Shown: piece after piece, positions 1 through 10,866 of the stretch
Layout: each line of letters begins with the position of its first letter
Position numbering within the stretch: the first letter of the stretch is position 1
Virus record (IMG/VR): IMGVR_UViG_3300027839_000001
Coordinates: 22,404 to 86,403 of that record
Source: a virus
Direction: 5' to 3' (one strand)
DNA: 64,000 bases
Notes under the pieces: model-generated
What the model was told of the DNA's origin: nothing
Seen by the model: the letters and a program-made list of their open reading frames with translations, nothing else
The model's database searches: none
Position numbers and translations under genes: made by a program

Positions 1-2779
1 CAAGAACAGGGGCCTCAAGGCACCTACGATTGAGAAGGCTTGCATCGGATGGGACAAGACTTGGAAAGTAAAGAGCAACGATGGTCAGTGGACAGACGGA
101 CGCTACACCATACCAGTCAGGAACAAGAAGGGTGAAGTAAGGAACGTAAGGGGATACTCACCTCAGGCTGACGCATCATCCAAGATGATGAACCTAGTAA
201 CAGACAGGGGTTCACCGGCAGAGAGAAGGCACGGCACGCCGGTCAGGCTGTACAATCTAGACAGGCTGATAGCTGAGAACTGGGATCACGTAGTCATATG
301 CGAGGGCGAGTTTGATTGCATACTGTTGAATCAGATGTTCGCAGATGCTGGACTCACTACCTATGGTGCTGTCACTGGCACCCATGGTGTCAAAAGTTTT
401 GCACCTGAGTGGATGGAGTATCTCTTCGGTAAGTTCGTATACATCTGCTTCGACTGCGACGAAGAAGGCAAGCTGTCATCTCACAACGTAGCCAATAAGT
501 ACTTCCTCAAGGCACTGGAGGCATCCAAGTTTTCCACTGTAAAGATTATAGACCTGCCGCTGGAAGGAACGAAAGACTCGAAGGACCTCACCGACTTCTT
601 CCTTAAGTCAGAGCTTAACACCAATGACTTCCTTAAGATAATGGAAGAAACGCCAGAGCTTATATGCGGAGGCATGGACGGGGACGAGGCCACAGTCGAG
701 GCTGAAGAAGTAGACAACCTAGTCGTTGCCCTGAAAAACAGGAAGTACATCGACAAGAAGGTCACCGTGCCCATCACCATATCAGGTACAACATCAAAGA
801 TCTTCCATGCTATACGTAGCTACAAGATAAAGAAATGCCCACTGCTCGCAGGTGGTGAATGCTGTCACGCTGACGCTGGCACACAGACTATACCATATGG
901 GCACGCCCTGTTCATTGAAGCATGCATGCAGAAAGAGAGTGCAAACCTCAGGTCCATAGCCGAGATAGCATGTGCCAAGGGAAAGAAGTGCACGGTTGAG
1001 CCTATAACCAAGGTAGTCATGGAGGAGTACTACGCTCACCAAGTAGTGGAGAGATGGAGGGCTGAAGAAGATCAGGACGGCAGGCTACAGAATTCACAGG
1101 AGCTAGTTCAAACCCCAGTGTATATCCTTCAGCCAGAGGACAACATCACGATCCAGCCGCAGAACTACATGGCTACAGGCTGGATACGAACGCACCCGCA
1201 CACCGCTATAGCTACCCTGTTCGTGCAAGAGATGGTGCCAATGGAAGAGGACTGGCGACAGTTCGACATGGCACGGTCAGACAACAGGGAGGTAATGCAA
1301 GCACTGAAGGATGAGTTTACCGTACCTGAGATAATGCACGACCTAGTGCATGGGGTTACCAAGATCTATGATGCCGATCACATCCTGCTTACAGTCCTCC
1401 TCACTTACCTCTCACCATTGCACTACAACTTTAATGGAGGAAGAATCAGAGGCTGGGTCAACAGTGCCATCCTCGGTGACTCAGGCACAGGGAAGTCAGC
1501 GACTTATACTGCTCTATCCGACTGGATTGAACTCGGAGACTTGTTTTCGGCTTTATCTGGAACAAGGACTGGCCTGCTATACGCAATCAAACAGAAGGGC
1601 GGCGAGTGGATGATATCGATTGGTCGATACGTCCAAGCCTCATGTAAGATCATAGCAATCGATGAGACGCAAGAGAGTACAAAGGAAGAGATCAAGCGAA
1701 TGGCGATAGCCATGGACACTGGCTTTCTAAGCATCGAGCAGGTAGCCAGTGGCGGGTATCACACACAGACAAGAACGATCTTCCTCATGAACCCCAAGGA
1801 TGCAAACGGAGAAGCCGCCACGATATCCGACTTCGTCTTCGGGTGCGAAGCACTGAGGGAATGCTTCGACCCTATGTTTATTAGGCGTCTCGACCTAGCC
1901 GTGTTTTCCACTGGAAAGCATGACTATGATTTTTACAATCAGAAGTCAGAGATAGATGCAGAGATAAGGCTTACATCGAAAATGCTGAGAAGCTTAGTTC
2001 ACTGGGCATGGACTAGAAAGATAGATCAGATACACTGGTCGCCAGAGGCTACGGACATGTGCCTTGAGAAGACGACGGAGCTATCAGACAAGTACGGGTA
2101 TGTTGACGACATACCATTGGTCAATCCTCAGGACTTCAGGCTGAACCTAGCTAGGCTATCAACAGCCTATGCCGTACTGGACAGAAGCTTTACTGATGAC
2201 CTAATGGCTCTGAACGTAGAGCCGGAACACGTGGCCGCGATGGCTATGTTCATAGATTCAATCTACAGTTCGCCCGCCTGCTTGCTTCACCAGAAGTCCA
2301 ATCAGAACAGAAAGAGAAAGACACTGTCTGACTTCGATGAGATTAGGGAAGTATTCGAGGAGACTATCAAGCAGGCCAAGGACTCCTCCAATCAATTCTT
2401 CAGGGATGGCAATCACTTCTGTCAGATACTTCTGCTCATCGAACAGCTAGAGTCTGTCAAGAAGAGGGATCTTCAAGAGCAAATAGACATGAGATCTAGG
2501 TGGCTAGGGTCTAACATAGCCACTCTACAGGGATTCAATCTTATAACCAGCGGCAGGTGGGGATACAAGAAAACAAAGAAGTTCAACCTGTTCATGCAGA
2601 GATGGAGGCAGGACCAAGAGATAGCGGATATGCTAGAGGGAGTATTCTTAAACGTAGGAAAGGCTTCAAGGAGAGCTAACACTACAGAGTCATACACGTC
2701 TTCATTGCCATCAAAAAGCAGTGACGATCCATTCAGTGATTTCGATCACTCACAAGAGCAGGACGACCCGTTCAATTAG
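1..2779 (+). CDS. DnaG-type (TOPRIM) primase fused to MCM-like AAA+ helicase, 5'-truncated by window
   Basis: Frame is open from base 2 (KNRGL..TIEK..IGW..GRYTIPVRN, DnaG-like). TOPRIM motifs VVICEGEFD and CFDCDEEG; Walker A ILGDSGTGKS, Walker B IIAIDE, MCM-like AMDTGFLSIEQVA, FLMNPK and FIRRLDL. Confidence 0.85.
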   Translation, partial: KNRGLKAPTIEKACIGWDKTWKVKSNDGQWTDGRYTIPVRNKKGEVRNVRGYSPQADASSKMMNLVTDRGSPAERRHGTPVRLYNLDRLIAENWDHVVICEGEFDCILLNQMFADAGLTTYGAVTGTHGVKSFAPEWMEYLFGKFVYICFDCDEEGKLSSHNVANKYFLKALEASKFSTVKIIDLPLEGTKDSKDLTDFFLKSELNTNDFLKIMEETPELICGGMDGDEATVEAEEVDNLVVALKNRKYIDKKVTVPITISGTTSKIFHAIRSYKIKKCPLLAGGECCHADAGTQTIPYGHALFIEACMQKESANLRSIAEIACAKGKKCTVEPITKVVMEEYYAHQVVERWRAEEDQDGRLQNSQELVQTPVYILQPEDNITIQPQNYMATGWIRTHPHTAIATLFVQEMVPMEEDWRQFDMARSDNREVMQALKDEFTVPEIMHDLVHGVTKIYDADHILLTVLLTYLSPLHYNFNGGRIRGWVNSAILGDSGTGKSATYTALSDWIELGDLFSALSGTRTGLLYAIKQKGGEWMISIGRYVQASCKIIAIDETQESTKEEIKRMAIAMDTGFLSIEQVASGGYHTQTRTIFLMNPKDANGEAATISDFVFGCEALRECFDPMFIRRLDLAVFSTGKHDYDFYNQKSEIDAEIRLTSKMLRSLVHWAWTRKIDQIHWSPEATDMCLEKTTELSDKYGYVDDIPLVNPQDFRLNLARLSTAYAVLDRSFTDDLMALNVEPEHVAAMAMFIDSIYSSPACLLHQKSNQNRKRKTLSDFDEIREVFEETIKQAKDSSNQFFRDGNHFCQILLLIEQLESVKKRDLQEQIDMRSRWLGSNIATLQGFNLITSGRWGYKKTKKFNLFMQRWRQDQEIADMLEGVFLNVGKASRRANTTESYTSSLPSKSSDDPFSDFDHSQEQDDPFN

Positions 2780-2793
2780 ATCAGGAGTTTACA

Positions 2794-3399
2794 GTGGAAA
2801 TCTCAGACCTACCATCAGCGAACAAGCCAAGGCTACAAGAGGCTGGCCCCAGGAAATATAAGCGAGGAGAAGCAGACCTCGATCTCACAGAGGCCCATGA
2901 GATATACGAGAAGGATGCGATTGAGTATGCGTTGAACTTTGGCTGGAGCATAGCCACATGTATGAACGACGCACTTGAGAAGAGGCACGAAGGAAAGAAG
3001 TACCTGACAGTAAGGGAGTGCGACATAGCCTGGAGATCTAACTACGATCTCGGCAATGATATGATCTTCGAGGCGATGGAGATGTTCGGCACAATGCTGA
3101 CAGAGGGCATTGTTGGAGAAGACGGTAACCCGTGGGAGTTAAGAGAATACTACAACCGTGGCATAGCCTTCATGAAGAATGGAGGATGGGACAAGTCTTC
3201 ACCAGAGAAAAGAAAGAAGGCGGAGGATGCAATCAGGGACACGACCGACTCCCTAAGTCAGCTTGGGCTTCCAGCAACAGTAAATGAGATCTCTCACGGA
3301 TTCCATGCTGCACTTACTCGCCCTGAGTACATGACTGAGTATCAGTACAAGAGGGCGAGAAGCGAACGCAAGATTACATGGGGGTTCGGTGATGACTAA
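2794..3399 (+). CDS. hypothetical protein
   Basis: 201-aa ORF; AGGAG RBS; GTG start lies inside the 13-bp palindrome. Confidence 0.75.
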   Translation: MEISDLPSANKPRLQEAGPRKYKRGEADLDLTEAHEIYEKDAIEYALNFGWSIATCMNDALEKRHEGKKYLTVRECDIAWRSNYDLGNDMIFEAMEMFGTMLTEGIVGEDGNPWELREYYNRGIAFMKNGGWDKSSPEKRKKAEDAIRDTTDSLSQLGLPATVNEISHGFHAALTRPEYMTEYQYKRARSERKITWGFGDD

Positions 3400-3943
3400 G
3401 ATACTATCTATAGACCCAGGCATTAAGCACACCGGCGTTGCTTCATGGGAATTCAAGATACGAGGCATGGGCAGGGAAGGCATCAACTACGCAAAGAACA
3501 TACGGCCAAGGACGAAGTCAGAAGGGATACACGACAGAGCAAGGGACATAGCCCAGTCAGTACTAAGCCTTACCATCAAAGATGACTTTGATCACATAGT
3601 GATTGAGCAGCCGCCTCAGACAATCTACGGAGTCAAGACCCTTAAGAAGGAGATGCTTGCAGCCAGGGCACAGTCAGTATTCAAGGTGTTCGCTGTAGCA
3701 TACGCCATAGTGGGTGTACTCCTCAGCACTAAGACAGTGGACATGTGCCTTCCAATAGATTGGGAGAAGCACAGGGGCAAGAAGAAGGCAAAGCCATGGT
3801 CAGTCGAGACTGCCAACAAGCTTATAACTTCGTTTAATCCAACGTCGTCACTGATTGTTGATGGTGGAGTCAAGCAGAACATAGCCGATGCCATAAACAT
3901 CGGCTTCTACTTCGCAGTTAGCAAGGGATACTACGATGGCTGA
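3389..3943 (+). CDS. RuvC-like Holliday junction resolvase
   Basis: ILSIDPGIKHTG, IVIEQP and NIADAINIG acidic RNase H-fold motifs. Confidence 0.8.
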   Translation: MMTKILSIDPGIKHTGVASWEFKIRGMGREGINYAKNIRPRTKSEGIHDRARDIAQSVLSLTIKDDFDHIVIEQPPQTIYGVKTLKKEMLAARAQSVFKVFAVAYAIVGVLLSTKTVDMCLPIDWEKHRGKKKAKPWSVETANKLITSFNPTSSLIVDGGVKQNIADAINIGFYFAVSKGYYDG

Positions 3944-4877
3944 ACAGAAAAACATCTGCTCATACAAGGCAGTATGCAAGAAATGCAACATGGTGTCCCT
4001 CGATAACAGGCCAGCAATATGCAAAGAACTAGAATGCGAGCATCTAACCGTATGCTTAAAATGCGGAAAGAACAAGCACATAAAAGACGAAGACAAAACC
4101 CTGTGCGGGTCATGCTCTGGAAGAGGGGCGGACATAGAGTTCTCAACAAACGCAGAAGGAGACACGGTCGCCACCCCGGTAACGCAGAGCGATATCCACG
4201 AACCTATTTCCAGTGGAAACAATCAAACGGAGGGTGGTAATTCGGAGCTTGAGCAAACTGGAGTTGTCATAGAGATCACTCCACCTGGCGTAGCCCCAGA
4301 CTCATATTCTGAAGCCGAGAGGAAGTACTACCTTGAGCAGTACGAGCAGTACTCAGGCTACTACAGAGATCCGACCGCATACTTCCTGTGCCACCAGATC
4401 ATAATCACAGAGATTGAACTAAACTGGCTTACCTGTTACATGATCCAGACTAGGGGAGAGTTGACTAAGGAGCTTGACTCCAAGAAGACCAGACTCATAA
4501 GTAACCTCGAATCCCTTCGCAAACAGCTACCAGAGAAGGAAGCATTCGAGTTAAGCGACGACGAGAAGTCGATGGCGATGATTCACGACTCGTACATGAA
4601 GGAGAAGGAAGCAAGAGAGGGCCTTGGCGTGAGGAGGATGTTCAGTGATGCAGCCATAGCACTAGCACCTGTCCTAGACTTTCCAATGGACCTACAGTAC
4701 CTGCTTCAGTCACTTGGATATGATACCGTAACGGCATTAGATGTTGCACAGAAGCACTTAGACTCAGGGGCAGACCTGCCTGAGGACCCGCATCAAGTCG
4801 CCCTTTTCTTTGGGTATGAATTGAACAGCGAGTACGCATTACCACTAGATGGAAAGGCAAAAGAAGATGGCAACTAG
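3936..4877 (+). CDS. Cys-rich (zinc-finger) protein, possible terminase small subunit
   Basis: Several CxxC pairs at the N-terminus; directly upstream of and overlapping the terminase large subunit. Confidence 0.5.
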   Translation: MAEQKNICSYKAVCKKCNMVSLDNRPAICKELECEHLTVCLKCGKNKHIKDEDKTLCGSCSGRGADIEFSTNAEGDTVATPVTQSDIHEPISSGNNQTEGGNSELEQTGVVIEITPPGVAPDSYSEAERKYYLEQYEQYSGYYRDPTAYFLCHQIIITEIELNWLTCYMIQTRGELTKELDSKKTRLISNLESLRKQLPEKEAFELSDDEKSMAMIHDSYMKEKEAREGLGVRRMFSDAAIALAPVLDFPMDLQYLLQSLGYDTVTALDVAQKHLDSGADLPEDPHQVALFFGYELNSEYALPLDGKAKEDGN

Positions 4878-6615
4878 TCACGCATGGAGGAATGACAACA
4901 GGCTAACTGCGATGATGGTTGACGATTTCATACATGATCCGATTCTGGCAGCGAAGGTAATACTGAACGTAAAGCTCCCTCCGCATCAGGAGCTTAGGCT
5001 CGCAGAGATGTGGACTACCCACTTCACTATGGACGACTCAGGATTTTCCACTGGAAAGTCCTTTACTCTTGGACTGCTATCTGCACTGAGATCCTGCCTG
5101 TTTCCTAATCGAATCTCAGGAATCATCTCAGGTACGTTCCGTCAGGGACAGTTGATCTTTCAGAACTATGACAGATGGTACTCGTCATCCAAGATATTCA
5201 GAAGCTGCGTAAAGACACAGCAGGGCAGGCCAAGGATCACGCACGGAACCTCGGCATGGGAGATCCACTTCAGGGGAGGTGCCACCATCAGGGCGTTGCC
5301 TCCCAACTTCGACAAGGATAGTGAGCGGTTGAGATCAGAGCGTTGGCACGATGGGTACTTCGACGAGTGGACAATCTTTAATATAGCATCACTCACCAAG
5401 ACGCTATTCGGTCGAGTCACTGCGTTGAATGATTACCAAGATGACAAGATAATGCAGAACCACATACACTGCATGTCAACCCCAGGCTTCAGGCATGACA
5501 GGTCATACACGCTAGTCAAGAGTATCGACTCAAACATAGCCAGGGGCAATAAGGACTACGCGCGGTTTACATCCAACTACCGGCACGTGCCAGTAAACAA
5601 GAAGGAGTTCCAGGCGTTCGTTGATCGTCGAACAATCTTCACCATGCAGACCACGAACCCTGATGGCGTAGTGAAGTCAGAGATTGATGGCAGGTGGCAG
5701 AAGGACTCCATGTCTTTCTATTCGTCGAAGGACATCGATGCTAGACGGAGGCAGAACTCTCCCATGCTGCTGCAAAGACGCAGCGACAACGACATGTACG
5801 TTGCCGGGTACGATACAGCAAGGGGTGGATCTGATCACACTAAGTCTAGTGCAGATGACTTCTCTATATCTGTACTCAAGATATCCGACCTGTCAGAACC
5901 GCCGCAGCACTGCCTAACAATTCGGAAGAACAACATTCAATCTGAACACATGGCAGGAATAATCCAAGAGCTTCACAAGAAGTTTCAGTTTTCGTTCGTG
6001 TGCTACGATCCAGGCGGTGGTGGACTGTTCGTCAGGGATGAACTCAGGAAGACAGAGATACCGATACGAGGAAAGATAGAGTCAGTCATTCCAATGGTCG
6101 AGCTTGGAGATCCACATGGATTGATAGGTGACAATATACTGGTTCCGTTCAAGCGTGGAGATTTCTTCATTAATGCACTGTGGGGCAAGATGGCGTCTGA
6201 TAGCGTCATAGTAAACAGAATGCATAGAGCTATGAGGGATGCTATTTCCACTGGAAACATCATACTCCCAGGAAGATGGAACGGATGGGAAGAGGCTGGT
6301 GGTACGTGGGACGTTGGTGCCAAGAGGGAGTATCTGAACAGAGCGAAAGGAATGGCAGAGGCTGATGTGATACGTGCCGAGATGGACATAACTGTTGAGC
6401 AGTTAATCCAAGTTGACATCGCTAGACACAAAGACAAGTCGCCGTCCATAGACACATACGGAATGTACAAGTTTAAATCCAAGAATAAAAAAGATTCTGC
6501 ATACGGATTACTGTACTCGTTCGTTGCATACTCTATACTTAAAGCACTGAGCGGCAAGGACATGCCTGGAAGGCAAGGTGGATCTGATCTAGCAATTTCT
6601 ATTGACCCAATATAA
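4867..6615 (+). CDS. terminase large subunit
   Basis: Walker A-like SGFSTGKS, Walker B GYFDEW, nuclease motifs VAGYDTARGG/DDFS and KKDSAYG; precedes portal. Start ATG 4867 preferred to 4849. Confidence 0.85.
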   Translation: MATSHAWRNDNRLTAMMVDDFIHDPILAAKVILNVKLPPHQELRLAEMWTTHFTMDDSGFSTGKSFTLGLLSALRSCLFPNRISGIISGTFRQGQLIFQNYDRWYSSSKIFRSCVKTQQGRPRITHGTSAWEIHFRGGATIRALPPNFDKDSERLRSERWHDGYFDEWTIFNIASLTKTLFGRVTALNDYQDDKIMQNHIHCMSTPGFRHDRSYTLVKSIDSNIARGNKDYARFTSNYRHVPVNKKEFQAFVDRRTIFTMQTTNPDGVVKSEIDGRWQKDSMSFYSSKDIDARRRQNSPMLLQRRSDNDMYVAGYDTARGGSDHTKSSADDFSISVLKISDLSEPPQHCLTIRKNNIQSEHMAGIIQELHKKFQFSFVCYDPGGGGLFVRDELRKTEIPIRGKIESVIPMVELGDPHGLIGDNILVPFKRGDFFINALWGKMASDSVIVNRMHRAMRDAISTGNIILPGRWNGWEEAGGTWDVGAKREYLNRAKGMAEADVIRAEMDITVEQLIQVDIARHKDKSPSIDTYGMYKFKSKNKKDSAYGLLYSFVAYSILKALSGKDMPGRQGGSDLAISIDPI

Positions 6616-6665
6616 ATAAGCTGCCGATAAATCCTCTACACGAAACATTAGTGGAGAGAGTTTCA

Positions 6666-8339
6666 ATGGCAGACCTGCGTAAGATCATCATAGACGAGCC
6701 TGAAGAGACAGCCGAAGTCGGTGCCATCGAAATGATGGGCGTACCCATCAGGGAGTTCGCATTCAGCACTGTCGACACTGCGTTCACTAGCGGCAGCAGT
6801 ACAGGAGGCAGCGGCACAAGAATCAGGAAGACGACTCTTGATCGCTTGATGAATGACGCCACCCCTGCGGCCAAGCACACGCAGATTCGACGATCAATGG
6901 AGTGGTCAGAGAGGGATGACCTAGTCCAGGGACTGGTCAGAGTCAAGACTGACTTCACTACATCAGGCTTCAACATCGCCTGCGCTCCAGAAGTTTCCAG
7001 TGGAAATGAGAACGAGGTAGAGTTCTCTGCGTTCGAGGTAAAGCTCGCAAAGATCAAAAGGAAGTGGGACTTCTACGCCCTCACCAAGAAGCTTCTAAGC
7101 GACTGGTTCACATGCGATAGCATGATTCTGTACTGGAAGATCGACCCTAAGTCAGAGGGATCTCAGTCATCATCTGCGTCGGTGCCGCCAAAGCCACGCT
7201 CAAGGGAGGCACTTGTCCCTGGCCTACAGGACATCACCGCCCTTAACCCAGGCGACATCGACTGGAATAATTCGTTTGGAAACGATGTACTAAGGGTTGC
7301 AATTCCCATAGAGATAAGAAACAAGATACAGTATGCCCTTCGCCTCTATACAAAGGCAGAGCGAGAAGAGGCCCTCATGGCTCTCGTCAACGACGAAGGC
7401 ATACCGTTCGCATACATCAAGGCCGTGAAGACCGGCGACAGTATGGTTGCGTTGAACAGGGAAGACGGCCACAACTGGATAGTCAAGACCAACAACAGAA
7501 AGCATCACGGACTAGCCAAGCCATCCATGGCTAACATTTTCCTTCCGCTGGAAACTCGAAACAACTGTACGGACGGCGACTTCGCTACATCGTTCATGAT
7601 GAAGCACTTCATGCTGCACGCCAAGATGGGTGAGTCCATAACCCAAGGCCCTCTTGCTGGACAGAAGAACAACTGGGCCAAGCAGGATGATATCGACGCA
7701 CTTACAACCAAGCTCAAGGACACATCACAGGCCGCCAAGATAGTAACGAACCACACGGTGTCCTTCGACTTCATCTTCCCTCCCAACGACATGTTCTCTG
7801 GTGAGAAGTACAAGAAGCCAGAGGAGAGAATCTTCAACTGGGCAGGTGTTACCGTAGTGGTGTTCACTGGTGACGGTGGCAATTACGGCAGTGGATTCCT
7901 TGGAGTCAAGAGACTCATGGCTCACTTAGTAGACGCAAGGACTGAAGTAAAGTGGGTGCTATCTGAGTTCTTTGATCACGACAGCATAGTTGATCGAATA
8001 GAAACCCCAGAGAACTGCGTTGTCTCGGCAGGCTTCGATGAGAACGTCCTCAAGGAACCAGCACAGCTACTAAATGAGCTAAGGTTCCTCGCAGAGTATG
8101 CATGGACAGATCCACGAACAGCACACAAGGAGCTTGGAAGAGATCCTGATTCTACACTAAGGCAGAAGGCGATATCCAAAGCAGAGGAAGAGAAGACAAA
8201 GCTATGGTCATGGCCCGAGCCGCCCGATCCTTTCGGAGACAAAGGCGGTGAGCATCAGAACCCAGGTAGACCCGGCGTAGATGGAAACCCTGACGCCAAC
8301 GAAGGTACTAGAACACAACCCCCAGCAGGAGCATCGTAG
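6666..8339 (+). CDS. portal protein
   Basis: About 557 aa, between terminase and protease/capsid genes, with a Pro/Gly-rich C-terminal tail; GGAGAG upstream of ATG 6666. Confidence 0.7.
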   Translation: MADLRKIIIDEPEETAEVGAIEMMGVPIREFAFSTVDTAFTSGSSTGGSGTRIRKTTLDRLMNDATPAAKHTQIRRSMEWSERDDLVQGLVRVKTDFTTSGFNIACAPEVSSGNENEVEFSAFEVKLAKIKRKWDFYALTKKLLSDWFTCDSMILYWKIDPKSEGSQSSSASVPPKPRSREALVPGLQDITALNPGDIDWNNSFGNDVLRVAIPIEIRNKIQYALRLYTKAEREEALMALVNDEGIPFAYIKAVKTGDSMVALNREDGHNWIVKTNNRKHHGLAKPSMANIFLPLETRNNCTDGDFATSFMMKHFMLHAKMGESITQGPLAGQKNNWAKQDDIDALTTKLKDTSQAAKIVTNHTVSFDFIFPPNDMFSGEKYKKPEERIFNWAGVTVVVFTGDGGNYGSGFLGVKRLMAHLVDARTEVKWVLSEFFDHDSIVDRIETPENCVVSAGFDENVLKEPAQLLNELRFLAEYAWTDPRTAHKELGRDPDSTLRQKAISKAEEEKTKLWSWPEPPDPFGDKGGEHQNPGRPGVDGNPDANEGTRTQPPAGAS

Positions 8340-8340
8340 C

Positions 8341-10158
8341 ATGCCTTTCACACTTGACGATTTCATACACAAGATCGGCGCTCCTGAGTCAGGCGACTCT
8401 CGGGAGAGAGTAGTAGGAGACAACGCCTCCGTCCAGACCATGGACGTTGGTGAGATCAGGGACATGTTTCCAGATGTCCAGTTCTCTGATTCGCCAAACA
8501 TAATCTACTTCCCGATGAAGCTCTGCCATTCGCTACCTACAGTCAACAAGAAGCGACGGTGCTTCACCACCAAGACCCTGGCAAACTCCTTTGCTTCCGC
8601 TCAAGACAGCTTGATTGATATCGAGCATTCTCTTATTGACAATGGCATCTCCTCTCGCGATGAGATCTGTGGTCACATCAAAGCAGTGGCTTATGCCAAG
8701 GAAGGTTTACAGTGGAAAGAAGTTGCAGACGCAAGCTCGATCCCAGACAGCGCAGTCCCCTTGTACGCCCTCGGTGCCTTGTACATGCGGCACTCGAAGA
8801 TCCCAGACATAGTTAAGAACCACTTGACAGGACGCGAGCAGTGGAAGGTTTCGATGGAGTGCGGGCACAAGTGGTCCGATGCGGCCCTCTACTACCGAGA
8901 CGAGTTCATTCCATTTGCCGACGCAGATGGTGACATGCTTGAATGCGTTCACGGCAATGGAGTCAAAGACTACAAGGGTCACGAGATGGCAGTAGCCCTG
9001 GGTGGTGTCGACGGTAAGGTAAGCTTCTGGGGAGCAGGTATTACCACCTCCCCGGCAGATGATACCAGCGACGTACTGGCAATGGTTGCTGGCACCAGTC
9101 TCGAAGTCGCATCATCCAGCAGCGGAAAAATCTTTCTTCCACTAAAATATAAAATTTTTAGTGGTGAAGAAAATTGCGTGGAGGTTGCCAGCGTAGCTGT
9201 CGATACAATGATTAACGATTTAGCTAGCATTGCCATAATCGGCAAGACACAGCCTGGAGATGAAGACGGGCACGTTCATGAAATTCTTAGCGACGGAACG
9301 ATTTTGCCGTCCAATGGTCACGTACATTATCTACAGAACATGAACTTAGTGAGGGGCAACAAGCCTAAGCTCACTGGACGAACCGACACTCACCACAGTT
9401 ATTGGCGAGATCCTCAGGGCACAGAGCATTCTGAGGTTCATCTGCACATCGTTGACGTGCCGCTCAGGGGTAAGAACAACTCTGGCGACACAGTTGTACC
9501 AGAAGAAGCATCCTTACCCGGAGACATCGAAGTGAAATTCAAAGATCTATTCAAGAAAATGGAAGACGCAACTAAAAAGATTTCCAGTGGAAATCCGGTA
9601 GACGAGGCGACTCAAAAAGAGTTCGCAAGTCTAGTCACTGAGATGCGTCAGTCGTCCGTACAGGCAGACTTTGACGAGTCAGTCAAGAGTGAGATCGCCA
9701 GCCAGATTGAAGGCGGCGAACTCATGACTAAAGAGCAGCACGAAACTATGCTTAACGAGGCTCTTGAGTTGAAGCAAACTGAATTTGATGCAGTCAAAGC
9801 ATCGGACGAAAAGCATGCATCGCGACTCAAGGAAATCTCAGACATCGGAGTCAACCTTGAATACAAGTTCGAGGAAGATGACGAAGAGACAATCGAAGAA
9901 CAAGTTAAAGCCATGTCGCACGACGAAGCTGGCGACAAGATGTTCAAGAGAACGATCAATCTCCTGAAGCAACTGGCTAAGGCCGCAACCTCCGAAGAAG
10001 AAGTTGAAGAAGTTGAAGTCGTCGCTGATACTGCGAGCGTCAACAAGAAGGTTCAACTACTGGTAGGCGCTGGGTCAACTGAACAGGCCGCTGAAACGGC
10101 AAGCACGAAAGTAACGAAGAGTCTTCGTGGACGAAGTGCAATCTCTTACGCTAAGTAA
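8341..10158 (+). CDS. prohead protease/scaffold fusion
   Basis: Protease-like N-terminus (IDIEH, KVSMEC, FWGAGITTSPAD) and acidic coiled-coil C-terminus; position before the capsid genes; AGGAG before ATG 8341. Confidence 0.65.
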   Translation: MPFTLDDFIHKIGAPESGDSRERVVGDNASVQTMDVGEIRDMFPDVQFSDSPNIIYFPMKLCHSLPTVNKKRRCFTTKTLANSFASAQDSLIDIEHSLIDNGISSRDEICGHIKAVAYAKEGLQWKEVADASSIPDSAVPLYALGALYMRHSKIPDIVKNHLTGREQWKVSMECGHKWSDAALYYRDEFIPFADADGDMLECVHGNGVKDYKGHEMAVALGGVDGKVSFWGAGITTSPADDTSDVLAMVAGTSLEVASSSSGKIFLPLKYKIFSGEENCVEVASVAVDTMINDLASIAIIGKTQPGDEDGHVHEILSDGTILPSNGHVHYLQNMNLVRGNKPKLTGRTDTHHSYWRDPQGTEHSEVHLHIVDVPLRGKNNSGDTVVPEEASLPGDIEVKFKDLFKKMEDATKKISSGNPVDEATQKEFASLVTEMRQSSVQADFDESVKSEIASQIEGGELMTKEQHETMLNEALELKQTEFDAVKASDEKHASRLKEISDIGVNLEYKFEEDDEETIEEQVKAMSHDEAGDKMFKRTINLLKQLAKAATSEEEVEEVEVVADTASVNKKVQLLVGAGSTEQAAETASTKVTKSLRGRSAISYAK

Positions 10159-10215
10159 TTGCTGAAGAGACTCATGCCATACCTCACACCATCTACCAAG
10201 AAATAGGAGAGCATC

Positions 10216-10794
10216 ATGCACTTCGGAGATTCACGATTCAAACATGTTTCCGGTAGCTACGACTACTGGGACAGTGCAAAGACAACCGAACTTGACCTTA
10301 GTGTAGCCGACGCTAATGTCGGAACTACTCAAAAGGGCAAGGGCGTTACGCTAAAGGACAACGACGAAACAGAACTTGCCTACGCTGAAGTCGGAGACTT
10401 TTTCCTCGGCTTCATGCATCACTCGATCAACCTCAGTGGAACCACTGATGAAACCGGGTTCAAAGAATTCACCATCGGCAAGCTTGATATCCCCAAAAAG
10501 CGTGGAAGCCCAGTGTCCATTGTCCTGCCAGCGCCTGGATCTATCTGGGAGTTCGAGGGAACTGGAATCACGTCTGTTGACAATCTAGTCACCGATTCTG
10601 GTACTGGACTGCTCGCAACTGGCTCCACACTTCGTTCGCCGCTGACTCAGAAGAATGGTTGCTGGCAAATTGCCGTAGCAACGGACGTGATTCACGCCCA
10701 TCTCCTACAAGCCAACCTTACTCCAGAGAATGCTGCTGAAGTTCGCATTCGAGTGCAGATCTGCTCGCCACATCTGTTCGTAACTGAAACGTAA
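10216..10794 (+). CDS. capsid decoration/cement-type protein
   Basis: 192-aa beta-rich ORF between scaffold and major capsid; AGGAG RBS. Confidence 0.5.
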   Translation: MHFGDSRFKHVSGSYDYWDSAKTTELDLSVADANVGTTQKGKGVTLKDNDETELAYAEVGDFFLGFMHHSINLSGTTDETGFKEFTIGKLDIPKKRGSPVSIVLPAPGSIWEFEGTGITSVDNLVTDSGTGLLATGSTLRSPLTQKNGCWQIAVATDVIHAHLLQANLTPENAAEVRIRVQICSPHLFVTET

Positions 10795-10866
10795 AAGTTT
10801 CCACTGGAAAACCAGAGATACAATTTTCAAAATAGATTATAATAAATTTCCATTGGAGCTATAAAC

